Part shown: one piece after another, positions 50,250 to 59,550 of the stretch
Layout: each line of letters starts with the position of its first letter
Position numbering within the stretch: position 1 is the first letter of the stretch
From: Bdellovibrionales bacterium
GTDB taxonomy: Bacteria; Bdellovibrionota; Bdellovibrionia; Bdellovibrionales; Bdellovibrionaceae
Assembly (NCBI GenBank): GCA_031370005.1
Contig: JANMPT010000024.1
Coordinates: 128,001-192,000, forward strand
Direction of reading: 5' to 3'
Length of the DNA stretch: 64,000 bases
Position numbers and translations under genes: made by a program
The notes under the pieces: generated by a model
Told to the model about the DNA's origin: nothing
Seen by the model: the letters and a program-made list of their open reading frames with translations, nothing else
Database searches by the model: none

Positions 50250-52214
50250 TTGAAATCCCGGATTATTTTAGTGTTTGCTGGCATAACGTTGCTTTGGGGT
50301 GTATTGATTTTGCGCGCAGCTTATTTGCAGTTTTTGCCCAATGAAAAGCTTCAGTCATTGCAAAATCGTCAGTTTCAAACCGTGGTAACTTTGCAGGCCC
50401 GTCGTGGCGCCATCGTTGATCGTAATGGTCGCGACTTGGCAATGTCAGCAACGGCTTACTCCTTGTATGCAGATCCGAAAATTTTAGTTAAGCGCAAACA
50501 ACTTGCAAAAAATATCGCTAAAGAATTAGGAGTGAGCGCGGAAAGTGTTTACAGCAAAATCAAAGATGCTAACAAACGCTTCGTGTGGATTCAGCGCCTT
50601 TTAGATGAGGATAAGGCAAATAAAATCAAATCATGGAACCTCCGTGGTCTTTCATTCGTTGAAGAGTGGAAAAGGGTTTACCCGAATGAGTCTTTGCTAG
50701 CACATACTTTGGGTTTCCTTGGGAGTGAGGGGCAGGGCCTTGAGGGGCTTGAGAAGTTTTTTGAGGCGGATCTCAAGGGTAACTCGAAGAAGGTCTCTGT
50801 TCGTCGAGATGCCCGCGGACGTCCTTTGATCGCTGACGGCATGTTATTTACTGAAAATCCTGATGGCAATGAGCTTAAGCTCACCGTGGATTCTGATATT
50901 CAATACAATCTTGAAAATGAATTAGCCCAATCCGTGGCAACTTTTGAAGCGGACTCTGCAGTGGGTATTATTTTGGATGCTCAGACGTCGGCAATTATCG
51001 CAATGGCCAGTGTGCCGACTTTTGATGTAAATAAAGCAGTTAAAATTGCTCCAGAGCTACGGCGTGATAAGGTGCCAACAGATGCCTTCGAGCCAGGTAG
51101 CACTCTCAAAACTTTCGTGATAGCATCGGCACTTCGGCAGAATCTTATAGCCCCGAACACAAAGTTCTTCTGCGAGAATGGCTCTTTTAGAATCGGCGAT
51201 AAAGTTATTCACGAAGCTGAAACACATGAAAGCTTTGGTAACATCACTGTAAGTGAGATCCTGGCCGTGTCCTCAAATATTGGAACAACAAAGATTGCTT
51301 TTAAAATGGGAGCAGAAAGTCTTCGTCAAGGTCTTTTGGATTTTGGCTTTGGTAGTAAGCTTGGCCTTGACCTTCCTGGTGAAGCTCGAGGAAGTGTTCA
51401 AGCGCTTCCTTGGCGTGCACATCTTTTAAGTAACATTTCTTTTGGTCAGGGAATTGCGGTGACACCTTTGCAAATTGCAAATGCATATGCTGCTATTGCA
51501 AATGGAGGGATTTTAAATACCCCGTATATTGTTCAATCAATACGTGACAGTGAATCGGGTCAGGTCAAAGCGACACAGCAAAAACCAATTCGCCGTATTT
51601 TAACTTCAGAGCAAGCGTCTCAAATGAAAATTATGTTGAGCGGAGTGACGGCACCAGGTGGAACCGGCAAGAACGCTCGAGTTAATGGCTTCATTGTCGC
51701 TGGGAAAACTGGCACGGCACAAAAGGTGAATCCAAACGGACGTGGTTACATGAAGGGCGCATATATCTCAAGTTTCGCTGGATTTATTCCCGCCAACGAT
51801 CCAAAGTTTGTAATTTACTTAGCACTGGATCATCCTCGGAAAGGCTTTTATGGTGCTCAGGTTGCCGCGCCAATCTTTTCTCGCGTAGCCTCTTATGCTG
51901 TTCGCAAAGAGGGTTTAGCGCCAGTGCACTTGTCAGAAAATACTCAGATTTCAGAAAAAAGAAAGTCCACCAAGTTCGATTTAGAAAAGTCACGCGGCAT
52001 TGCTGGAATTATTGAAGGCGATATTGTTTCTGCTAGTCTAGACCTGGGAGTGGTGCCGGATGTGACGACCATGACTTTACGCGAAGTCTTAAGAAGGTTT
52101 AGCGGTAAAGAAATTAGCGTGAAATTCAGAGGGCAAGGTGTTGTTACAGGAGTGGAGCCGCCCGTGGGCTCGCCACTTCCAGAGAATAAAGAAATTACAG
52201 TGATTTTGCGTTAA
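50250..52214 (+). CDS. ftsI: Class B penicillin-binding protein (PBP3) with PASTA domain
   Basis: RGAIVDRNG, EPGSTLK (SxxK), SSNIG, GKTGTAQK. Confidence 0.95.
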   Translation: MKSRIILVFAGITLLWGVLILRAAYLQFLPNEKLQSLQNRQFQTVVTLQARRGAIVDRNGRDLAMSATAYSLYADPKILVKRKQLAKNIAKELGVSAESVYSKIKDANKRFVWIQRLLDEDKANKIKSWNLRGLSFVEEWKRVYPNESLLAHTLGFLGSEGQGLEGLEKFFEADLKGNSKKVSVRRDARGRPLIADGMLFTENPDGNELKLTVDSDIQYNLENELAQSVATFEADSAVGIILDAQTSAIIAMASVPTFDVNKAVKIAPELRRDKVPTDAFEPGSTLKTFVIASALRQNLIAPNTKFFCENGSFRIGDKVIHEAETHESFGNITVSEILAVSSNIGTTKIAFKMGAESLRQGLLDFGFGSKLGLDLPGEARGSVQALPWRAHLLSNISFGQGIAVTPLQIANAYAAIANGGILNTPYIVQSIRDSESGQVKATQQKPIRRILTSEQASQMKIMLSGVTAPGGTGKNARVNGFIVAGKTGTAQKVNPNGRGYMKGAYISSFAGFIPANDPKFVIYLALDHPRKGFYGAQVAAPIFSRVASYAVRKEGLAPVHLSENTQISEKRKSTKFDLEKSRGIAGIIEGDIVSASLDLGVVPDVTTMTLREVLRRFSGKEISVKFRGQGVVTGVEPPVGSPLPENKEITVILR

Positions 52215-52866
52215 CTTGGGCGTTTATGTATTCGCCGGCTTTTTGTAACATTTGCTGCGGGATCTCGTGGCCTCCGGGAAAGGTAAGACAGCCACCTTTC
52301 ATGCCCCCGGCATTGAGAAAGGACTCTAGCTGGTGAGCGCCTTTTATTTGCAAAACCTGATCACTAAGGCCGTGGCACTGGAAAAACCTTTCACCGCGAC
52401 GCTTTTCAACTAAAGGCCTGAGCTCGTCTTTGTTGAAAAGTGATCCGGATAAAAGCAGAAGTCCGGCGGGCGTTTCTGGAGCATTTAAATAAAGATCTGC
52501 CGCGAGCATGGCCCCCTGAGAAAAACCGCCAAGAAATATTTTGTTAAATGGAGTTTTCAGCTCTTCGATCATGTTTATCAACTCTTTGCGTACTTTATCG
52601 AGATCTTCAGGTCTCATCGCGCTAAAATCATTGGAAAGCGTGCTCAATGCTAATGGAAACCAAGCTTTTCCAGTTCGACCGGCATCAATACGAACATCAG
52701 TAAGTCCTTGAGGAAACAACCAATTTATTTTTTTCTCTGTGGGAATATAATTTTTTAAAGGCTCAAGATCTGCTGCATCAGCACCATAACCATGAAAGAG
52801 AATTACCCATGGAGAATCGTCACTATGATATTCGTCGAGGCAATATACTTTTGCGAGTTTTCTCAT
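52195..52866 (-). CDS. Phospholipase/carboxylesterase (alpha/beta hydrolase)
   Basis: FHGYGA, GGFSQGA, HGLSDQV, GGHEI; ATG at 52866 behind TTGACC-N17-CATTAT-N6. Confidence 0.9.
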   Translation of the reverse strand: MRKLAKVYCLDEYHSDDSPWVILFHGYGADAADLEPLKNYIPTEKKINWLFPQGLTDVRIDAGRTGKAWFPLALSTLSNDFSAMRPEDLDKVRKELINMIEELKTPFNKIFLGGFSQGAMLAADLYLNAPETPAGLLLLSGSLFNKDELRPLVEKRRGERFFQCHGLSDQVLQIKGAHQLESFLNAGGMKGGCLTFPGGHEIPQQMLQKAGEYINAQVNAKSL

Positions 52867-52902
52867 TTTAGGATAATGTATTCTTGAGCATTGAAGGTCA
52901 AG

Positions 52903-54387
52903 ATGAAGCTGCAATATTTATTTTCAATATTTCCTGATATACCTGAGAATGCATTTTCGCATATTGAGGTTAGCGGCATCTGCTTTGATGCCCGCAAAGT
53001 CGTGCCTGGAGCCGTTTTTGTCGCCATACGTGGAACAAAGCTTGATGGCCATGACTTCATTGCCGAAGCAATTTCCAATGGAGCTGCTGCTCTAGTTGTG
53101 GAAGATCTAAAAAAAATTCCAGTGGGCTTTTCTGGTTTTGTTTTGCGAGTACCCAATACTCGACAAGCACTTGATGTTTTAGCCAGTCGCTATTTTTGGG
53201 ATCCGGGGCGTGATCTATTTTGTGTGGGTGTTACGGGCACAAACGGAAAAACTTCTATTACATATCTGATCGAGTGTATTTTCGATTACGCGAGAATGGC
53301 CATTGGAGTCATCGGCACTGTTAATCATCGCATTGGAGGCAAGGTTTGGACGTCGGAGATGACAACGCCAGACCCTGTTAGTTTACAAAAAAGACTAAGT
53401 GAATTCCACCAGGAGGGCGCTGCTGCTGTAGTGATGGAAGTTTCAAGCCACGCTCTCGAACAAAAACGCGTCGACAGTGTAGCTTTTAACTCCGTAGTTT
53501 ACACCAACTTGTCTCGTGATCATCTTGATTATCATAGGTCAATGGAAGACTACTTCAAGGCGAAGCAGAGACTTTTTACAGATCTTCTTTGGAAAACTAG
53601 TAAGAGCCCCTGTTTTGCGATCATCAATACAGATGACAAATGGGGGCGACGGCTTCGGGTGGCAGATCCGGCAATTCTTTGGACCTATGGCCATCGAGAA
53701 GGAGATTTCCAATACGAAATCATAAAAATGGATTTTACGTCTACAAGTTTTAAAATTCAAACTCCTGCGGGCGAGGCCATCGTTTCACTGCCAATGTCGG
53801 GAGCTCACAACGTGATGAATGCACTGGCAGCAATTGCAGTGGCTGTGTCTGCCGGAATTGCTTTGCAGACTTCCGTAAAGGCACTTGAATCCTTCACCGG
53901 GGTCCCAGGTCGTCTCCAAGCTGTTGGAAATAAAAAAGATCTTTTTGTTTTCATTGACTATGCGCATTCTCCTGATGCTCTTGAAAATGTTTTAACGGCA
54001 TTGCAAAAAGTTCGCGAGTCGATGGGCTCAAGCGCAAAGATTTGGACTGTCTTTGGTTGTGGTGGTGATCGAGATAAAGGCAAACGTCCTCTGATGACTC
54101 AAATGGCATTGAAATACTCGGACCATGTGATTATAACTTCGGACAACCCTCGTACGGAGGACCCTGAGCAGATCATTCGCGAAATGACTGAAGCGCTACC
54201 AGCTGGTGAACAATATAAAATCCAAATTGAGGTGCGCAGGCGGGATGCTATCGAAAGCGCCATCAAACAGGCAAAGGCAGGCGATGTGATTCTTATCGCG
54301 GGCAAGGGCCATGAAGATTATCAAATTATTGGCGAGACGAAATTGCCATTTAGTGATTTTCAAGTCGCTGAGGAGTTTTTGAAATGA
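52903..54387 (+). CDS. murE: UDP-MurNAc-tripeptide synthetase (meso-DAP type)
   Basis: GVTGTNGKTS, MEVSSHAL, DHLDYH, DYAHSPDA, SDNPR, GKGHEDYQ. Confidence 0.98.
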   Translation: MKLQYLFSIFPDIPENAFSHIEVSGICFDARKVVPGAVFVAIRGTKLDGHDFIAEAISNGAAALVVEDLKKIPVGFSGFVLRVPNTRQALDVLASRYFWDPGRDLFCVGVTGTNGKTSITYLIECIFDYARMAIGVIGTVNHRIGGKVWTSEMTTPDPVSLQKRLSEFHQEGAAAVVMEVSSHALEQKRVDSVAFNSVVYTNLSRDHLDYHRSMEDYFKAKQRLFTDLLWKTSKSPCFAIINTDDKWGRRLRVADPAILWTYGHREGDFQYEIIKMDFTSTSFKIQTPAGEAIVSLPMSGAHNVMNALAAIAVAVSAGIALQTSVKALESFTGVPGRLQAVGNKKDLFVFIDYAHSPDALENVLTALQKVRESMGSSAKIWTVFGCGGDRDKGKRPLMTQMALKYSDHVIITSDNPRTEDPEQIIREMTEALPAGEQYKIQIEVRRRDAIESAIKQAKAGDVILIAGKGHEDYQIIGETKLPFSDFQVAEEFLK

Positions 54388-55805
54388 GAACCATAGAGTT
54401 AATTGAGGTTCTAACTGCGACCCAGGGGCAGGCTCTTAGTGAAGTAAATCAAAAATTCTATGGTGTTGGGACCGATACTCGTCAGTCCTTAGCGGGGCAA
54501 CTTTTTATTGCGCTCAAAGGTGAAAGTTTTAATGCCCACGATTTTCTCGATAAAGCCGTAGCTCAAGGCGCCGCAGGTATTTTGATTCAGGAGATTTCTC
54601 CTCTGGTTGAAAGTTTTAAAAATAAAATCACAGTAATTTTAGTAAAAGATACTTTGAAGGCCTTACAGGATCTCGGCAATTGGTCACGCAACAATGCAAA
54701 GGCCATAGTTATTGGCATTACCGGTTCTAACGGCAAAACGACAACAAAAGAATTCACGGTGGCAGTTCTCGAGGATTTTAAAACGGTTCATTATAGCAAA
54801 GGGAGTTTTAATAACCATTGGGGAGTGCCCTTTACATTGCTTCAACTTGATCCGCAAAAAGAAGTGGCAGTGGTCGAGATGGGCATGAACCACGCAGGTG
54901 AGATCACCGAGCTTGTGAACATTGCCGAGCCAGATGTGGTTTGTTGCACAATGGTGGGGCGAGCTCATATTGAGCATTTCGGTACTATTGATAAGATTGC
55001 TGAGGCCAAAGAGGAAATCTATGAGGCGGCAAAGCCAACTGCGATCCGAGTATATAATCTCGATAATCCACTAACATGCCAAATGTACGAGAAGGCTCAG
55101 GTCAGATTTCCGCTAGCAAAACTCGTAACTTTTTCTGCTCGAGATCCCAAGTGTGATGTTTACTTTAGGCTTGAGGCGATGGGACTACAGAGTCTAAAAA
55201 TCAGCGGGCACATTGCAACTAAAGAGGGCGAAGTGACTGTTCCTGTTTTTGGTGCTCAAAATTTAACAAACTTGATGGCGGCGGCAGCAATTGGAATAGC
55301 TACTGGACTTAATCCTGAACAAGTATGGCATGGGCTTAGTCACTGTAAGACGATTTGGGGTCGCAATCAATTGCTTGAGCTAAAATCTGGTGCACAGATG
55401 ATTTTCGATGCTTATAATGCCAACCCTGACTCCATGAAGGCATTGCTTGATAACGTGAAAATTTTAAGTGCTAAGGGTCGCAAAATTGGTGTTTTCGGCG
55501 AGATGCTCGAGATGGGCGCCCTTGCAAGCGAATTACATGAGGAGCTTGGTGAACTTGTCGGGGCAGTAGGTTTCGATAAAGTCTATTTTATTGGCGCGAG
55601 CCACGAAGCCTTTGAAAATGGCCTCAAGAAATCAGCTTACAAAAAATTTGCATGCATTGCCAAAGATTTTAAAGACGTAACGGCACGTGAATTTGCCGAT
55701 AATCTTCGATCAGGCGATATGGCTATTGTTAAAGGCTCCCGTGGTATGAAACTCGAACGTTTTGTTCAGCCTTGTGAACCCAAAAATTTTAGTTTGAATA
55801 AGTAG
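54384..55805 (+). CDS. murF: UDP-MurNAc-pentapeptide synthetase
   Basis: ITGSNGKTTTKE, NNHWGVP, EMGMNHAGEI, DAYNANPDSM, KGSRG. Confidence 0.98.
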   Translation: MRTIELIEVLTATQGQALSEVNQKFYGVGTDTRQSLAGQLFIALKGESFNAHDFLDKAVAQGAAGILIQEISPLVESFKNKITVILVKDTLKALQDLGNWSRNNAKAIVIGITGSNGKTTTKEFTVAVLEDFKTVHYSKGSFNNHWGVPFTLLQLDPQKEVAVVEMGMNHAGEITELVNIAEPDVVCCTMVGRAHIEHFGTIDKIAEAKEEIYEAAKPTAIRVYNLDNPLTCQMYEKAQVRFPLAKLVTFSARDPKCDVYFRLEAMGLQSLKISGHIATKEGEVTVPVFGAQNLTNLMAAAAIGIATGLNPEQVWHGLSHCKTIWGRNQLLELKSGAQMIFDAYNANPDSMKALLDNVKILSAKGRKIGVFGEMLEMGALASELHEELGELVGAVGFDKVYFIGASHEAFENGLKKSAYKKFACIAKDFKDVTAREFADNLRSGDMAIVKGSRGMKLERFVQPCEPKNFSLNK

Positions 55806-57234
55806 AATTTATAAGAGATTTTTTGCACCCGAAGATCATGAGCGGCGAGCGGCGCACATTGTTTTTAGGGTTAAGCTTGTAGGCGATAGACTCAATCAAA
55901 TTTACGTCAAAGCGGGCCAAAAAGTCATAATGTGTAGATAAGAATTCTTTATTTAGAACGTAAGATTTTTCATTTAACGCTATAAGATAGTCGCAGGCAT
56001 TGTTTGTATCTAGTTTTTGAAATTGCGGTGTCTCCATAGATAAAACATTATAATCGGCGTTTTTCATAAAGGCATCTGGAATCCAATCAATCGTCAGATC
56101 GATGCTTATCAGATGATGATACTCGGGATGCTCATCCATATAACGGGCGAGGTCTGTGATATTTTTCTGCGCCGGGAAAAATGAGGTCGGGAACCAAAAA
56201 ACAAAATTTACGAAAAGCATGGAGGCCACGCGATATTTGTGTTGTTTCCAATTCTCAATAAAATAGGTAACAAAAGGTACCATCATAAAGATCATCACTG
56301 GAATCATTGTAATCAAAAAACGCTCAAACTTATTGGCAAACATCGAGTGCAGAACCAGGAACAGGGCTAAAATAATATAGAGCGAGCGATAGCGTTGAAA
56401 ATAATCTTTGATAAACCCAGTTGGGTACTTCGCAATTAACCATGGGACAAGCATGGAAACAAAAATAAGCGGAAAAAAGAAATACCATGGGCGACTCCCA
56501 TAATCAGCGCCATGTTTAAAGTTATATTCGGCTAGAGCCCGCAGGGAGTAATGGAAGCCGCCACGAATAAAAATATCAGGAATTCCGCTGAGAATAAAGA
56601 AAGTCAGACCAGTGATACTTGCTATGAAAAAGTGCCGCCATTGTTTGTGAATGAGCGGAAGAAAAATAAAGACCAAAGCGCAAAATCCGGTTTGTTGACG
56701 AAGGGTAAAGGCCATCGATGCACAAAAAATTCCGATAACGAGGTTTTCCCATTTTTTTCTTTCATCATAAATAACAGCAAAAGCACTTGCCAGAGCTATC
56801 CAAGGTGCGGCCAAGGATTCAAACATCGGCCGAGTCAGAAGACCCGGGGCCATAAAGTGGAAACCCAGCATAAGAATGGCGACCTTAGCGAGGCTTTCAT
56901 TTTTTTTATAAAATAGTATAATTGCAGCCCAAGCGCTAAGTGCAAAGCCAATCAGTCCCCAGAAAATAATAACGAAGTGATATTGGTTAAAAGGTGTTTC
57001 AATGCCAAGCCGATAAGCCAACTGTGCAGCTGCGTGCATTGGCAAGATTTGAAGTGGGGATTTGACATCATCGGATCTTATAAGGGTGGCGACCATTGCC
57101 TTTTGCGCTGGAAGATAGCGGGTGATCCCATCCCAATACTCGTCAGTGGCGATGAAACCAGTGTTAAAAATAATGGTCACAATGTAAACAATAAGAGAAA
57201 GGCCAAGGCATTGCCGTAAAGAAAGTCTATTCAT
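55789..57234 (-). CDS. Polytopic GT-C glycosyltransferase (Alg9/PIG-B mannosyltransferase-like)
   Basis: TDEYWD acidic loop after TM1, TRPMFES, RPWYFF, KFERFL; about 11 TM helices. Confidence 0.7.
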   Translation of the reverse strand: MNRLSLRQCLGLSLIVYIVTIIFNTGFIATDEYWDGITRYLPAQKAMVATLIRSDDVKSPLQILPMHAAAQLAYRLGIETPFNQYHFVIIFWGLIGFALSAWAAIILFYKKNESLAKVAILMLGFHFMAPGLLTRPMFESLAAPWIALASAFAVIYDERKKWENLVIGIFCASMAFTLRQQTGFCALVFIFLPLIHKQWRHFFIASITGLTFFILSGIPDIFIRGGFHYSLRALAEYNFKHGADYGSRPWYFFFPLIFVSMLVPWLIAKYPTGFIKDYFQRYRSLYIILALFLVLHSMFANKFERFLITMIPVMIFMMVPFVTYFIENWKQHKYRVASMLFVNFVFWFPTSFFPAQKNITDLARYMDEHPEYHHLISIDLTIDWIPDAFMKNADYNVLSMETPQFQKLDTNNACDYLIALNEKSYVLNKEFLSTHYDFLARFDVNLIESIAYKLNPKNNVRRSPLMIFGCKKSLINSTYSN

Positions 57235-57238
57235 ATTC

Positions 57239-58267
57239 TTAGACTAACCGACTATTTTTAGAAAAAGCAATAAGCTCCTGGGTAGTCATAACTTTTACTA
57301 CGGGTTTGCCTATTTTTCTTAAAAAAACGAAGCGAATTTTATTTTTTTCTGAGGATTTTTTATCCTGCAAAAGATGCTTTTCAAGTTTCGGAGTTTTTTT
57401 AATTAAATTTATAGCGTCCACACTGCTGAACAAATATTTTATAATTAGTTCGTTATTGTTGATTTGATCATACTCTTTTTGAGAGAGAATTTTCTTTTGT
57501 AAGGAAAAATCAAGGGCTAAGCGGAGGCCATAGTTCACAGCAACACCATGGGGAAGTTGGTGAATGGACTCTAAAACGTGACCAAAGGTATGACCAAAGT
57601 TTAAGAAAAATCGAATGCCTTTTGTTTCATAGGGATCTTGATTAACAATTTTGTATTTGTAAGCTATTAAATCAGGCAAGATTTTCCATAAAGTTGTTTT
57701 TGAAAAGGAGGATTGATTGCGTGTTTTTTTCCAAAGTGCTCCGCCATTTAGCAGTACAGTTTTTAATACTTCGCCCATGGCCTCATAAACTCTTTCTTCG
57801 GGTTGGTTCTCAAGCAGACTTTTAATAAGAAAGATTTGTTCAGCTTTATAAAATGTGCCTATTTGATTTTTATATCCAGCAACATTTAGGGCAGTTTTAC
57901 CTCCGTGGGCTGAGTCAATGGCGGCCAGCCAGGTACTTGGAATATGAATAAGGGGCACTCCGCGCTTAAAGACGCTTGCCATGAACCCAACAAAATCACC
58001 AACGCTGCCACCGCCTAAACCAATTAGGCTAATGTTTTTTATTTTTGTTTGTTCAACAATGCGTAAAACATCGATAAAATGTTTTTCGAACTGTTTAAAT
58101 TGTTTAAGTGATTCTCCGGCTTTGACCTCTATTCGATGAGGGAAGGACTCAATCCATTTTTTTGTATTTTTATTTTTGAGCAAAAAAGAATCAAAAATCA
58201 AAATAGGGTGTTCAGCAAGAGCATTGGGACTTGGAAATCGATCTGAAAAAACGAGCTTAGATTTCAT
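57239..58267 (-). CDS. aroB: 3-dehydroquinate synthase
   Basis: GGGSVGDFVGF, PSTWLAAIDSAHGGKT, LNFGHTFGH, HGVAV, DKK. Confidence 0.92.
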   Translation of the reverse strand: MKSKLVFSDRFPSPNALAEHPILIFDSFLLKNKNTKKWIESFPHRIEVKAGESLKQFKQFEKHFIDVLRIVEQTKIKNISLIGLGGGSVGDFVGFMASVFKRGVPLIHIPSTWLAAIDSAHGGKTALNVAGYKNQIGTFYKAEQIFLIKSLLENQPEERVYEAMGEVLKTVLLNGGALWKKTRNQSSFSKTTLWKILPDLIAYKYKIVNQDPYETKGIRFFLNFGHTFGHVLESIHQLPHGVAVNYGLRLALDFSLQKKILSQKEYDQINNNELIIKYLFSSVDAINLIKKTPKLEKHLLQDKKSSEKNKIRFVFLRKIGKPVVKVMTTQELIAFSKNSRLV

Positions 58268-59451
58268 GGCGAAAAATGCCTAGATTTTGAAAAATAAGTT
58301 ATTACTCTTTTTAAACCTTCTTCGAGCGACTCATCGGGAATCGTAACAGATAGTCTAAGATGGTGCTCGCAGCCAAAGGCCGAGCCAGGAACAAGAGCAA
58401 CTCCGGCTTCATTTAAAATCTCTTTGCAAATTTGCGCTGATGGTTTTGTTTTATCTAACACCTCCATCCAAATGTAAAAGGCGCCTTCAGAAGGGTAAAC
58501 TTTAATTCCTGGACAATTTTTTAAAGTATGCACAGCATATTTATGTCTTCTTTGGATTGTCGTTTTGAGTTTGACGACAAACTCAGCTTCTTCGATTAAA
58601 GTCTTTTTTAGTGAAAGCTGTAAAAAATCTGGAATACAAGTTAATGTTTGGCTTTGAAACTCGGTCAGCTTACCGATGAGTTCCCCTGTTCCAATCACCC
58701 AACCCAAGCGCCAACCGGTTAAAGCAAAGCTTTTTGAGGCACCGTGAACAACAACGATACGTTCTCGGTGTGCGGGAGAGAGCACGTCTAAAAGATGAGG
58801 GCATCTTTTTTCATTAGAAAAGACAAGTTGGTTGTAAATGTCATCACAAATGACCACAAGATTTTCATTTTTTTCGATCACTTTAGCGAGCTCTGTCAGC
58901 TCGTTCAACGAGTAGGTGGCTCCCGTTGGGTTTTGTGGGGAATTTAAAAGTAGAACCCTGGTTTTTGCTGTTATAGCTGAAGCAAGTTGTTGGCTCGATA
59001 TTTTATAGGCATTTTCGCTTGGGCACGAAATAAGCTTAGCCTGTGCCCCGGCTAAGGAGGTGAGCGTTTCATAGCTGACCCAATAGGGAGTCGGGATGAT
59101 GACTTCGCTTTGTTCATCGCAAAGAATTTGTAAAATCGCGAAAAGTGAAAACTTTGACCCCGGAGAAATAATAACATTTTCGGCATTCCAATTTTTATCA
59201 TAAAGACGAGACATCCAATCGGCGATTGTTTCTCTAACACTTAGGAGGCCTTGAGCTGGACCGTATTTAGACTCCTGAGTTTGAATTTGATGAATAGCTT
59301 CTTTTATAGCAGACTCTGGAGCCTTGACGTCAGGTTCCCCCACCGAGGCAAGGACGATGTCCTCACCATTTCTGATTCTTTCTTTTGCCTTTAGTGTGGC
59401 GCTCATTGTGGCAGAACCTACAAGTTTTTTAGCACGTTGAGAAAAAATCAT
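58264..59451 (-). CDS. Class I (subgroup Ib) PLP-dependent aminotransferase
   Basis: GEPD, PYWVSY, NSPQNPTG, DDIY, SKSFALTGWRLG. Confidence 0.92.
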   Translation of the reverse strand: MIFSQRAKKLVGSATMSATLKAKERIRNGEDIVLASVGEPDVKAPESAIKEAIHQIQTQESKYGPAQGLLSVRETIADWMSRLYDKNWNAENVIISPGSKFSLFAILQILCDEQSEVIIPTPYWVSYETLTSLAGAQAKLISCPSENAYKISSQQLASAITAKTRVLLLNSPQNPTGATYSLNELTELAKVIEKNENLVVICDDIYNQLVFSNEKRCPHLLDVLSPAHRERIVVVHGASKSFALTGWRLGWVIGTGELIGKLTEFQSQTLTCIPDFLQLSLKKTLIEEAEFVVKLKTTIQRRHKYAVHTLKNCPGIKVYPSEGAFYIWMEVLDKTKPSAQICKEILNEAGVALVPGSAFGCEHHLRLSVTIPDESLEEGLKRVITYFSKSRHFSP

Positions 59452-59550
59452 AATCTATCCTTTACAACTTGATCCCAATAACTTGATGTTATTATTTACT
59501 TTTACTCAGGTTTTGATTTCATCATGCTTTTGATACTATGAGAATCACAT

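Noticed and set aside
59452..59550. TTGAT-containing motifs between aroA and the aminotransferase as an FNR box
   Set aside because: Spacing and second half-site do not match TTGAT-N4-ATCAA; the region is AT-rich
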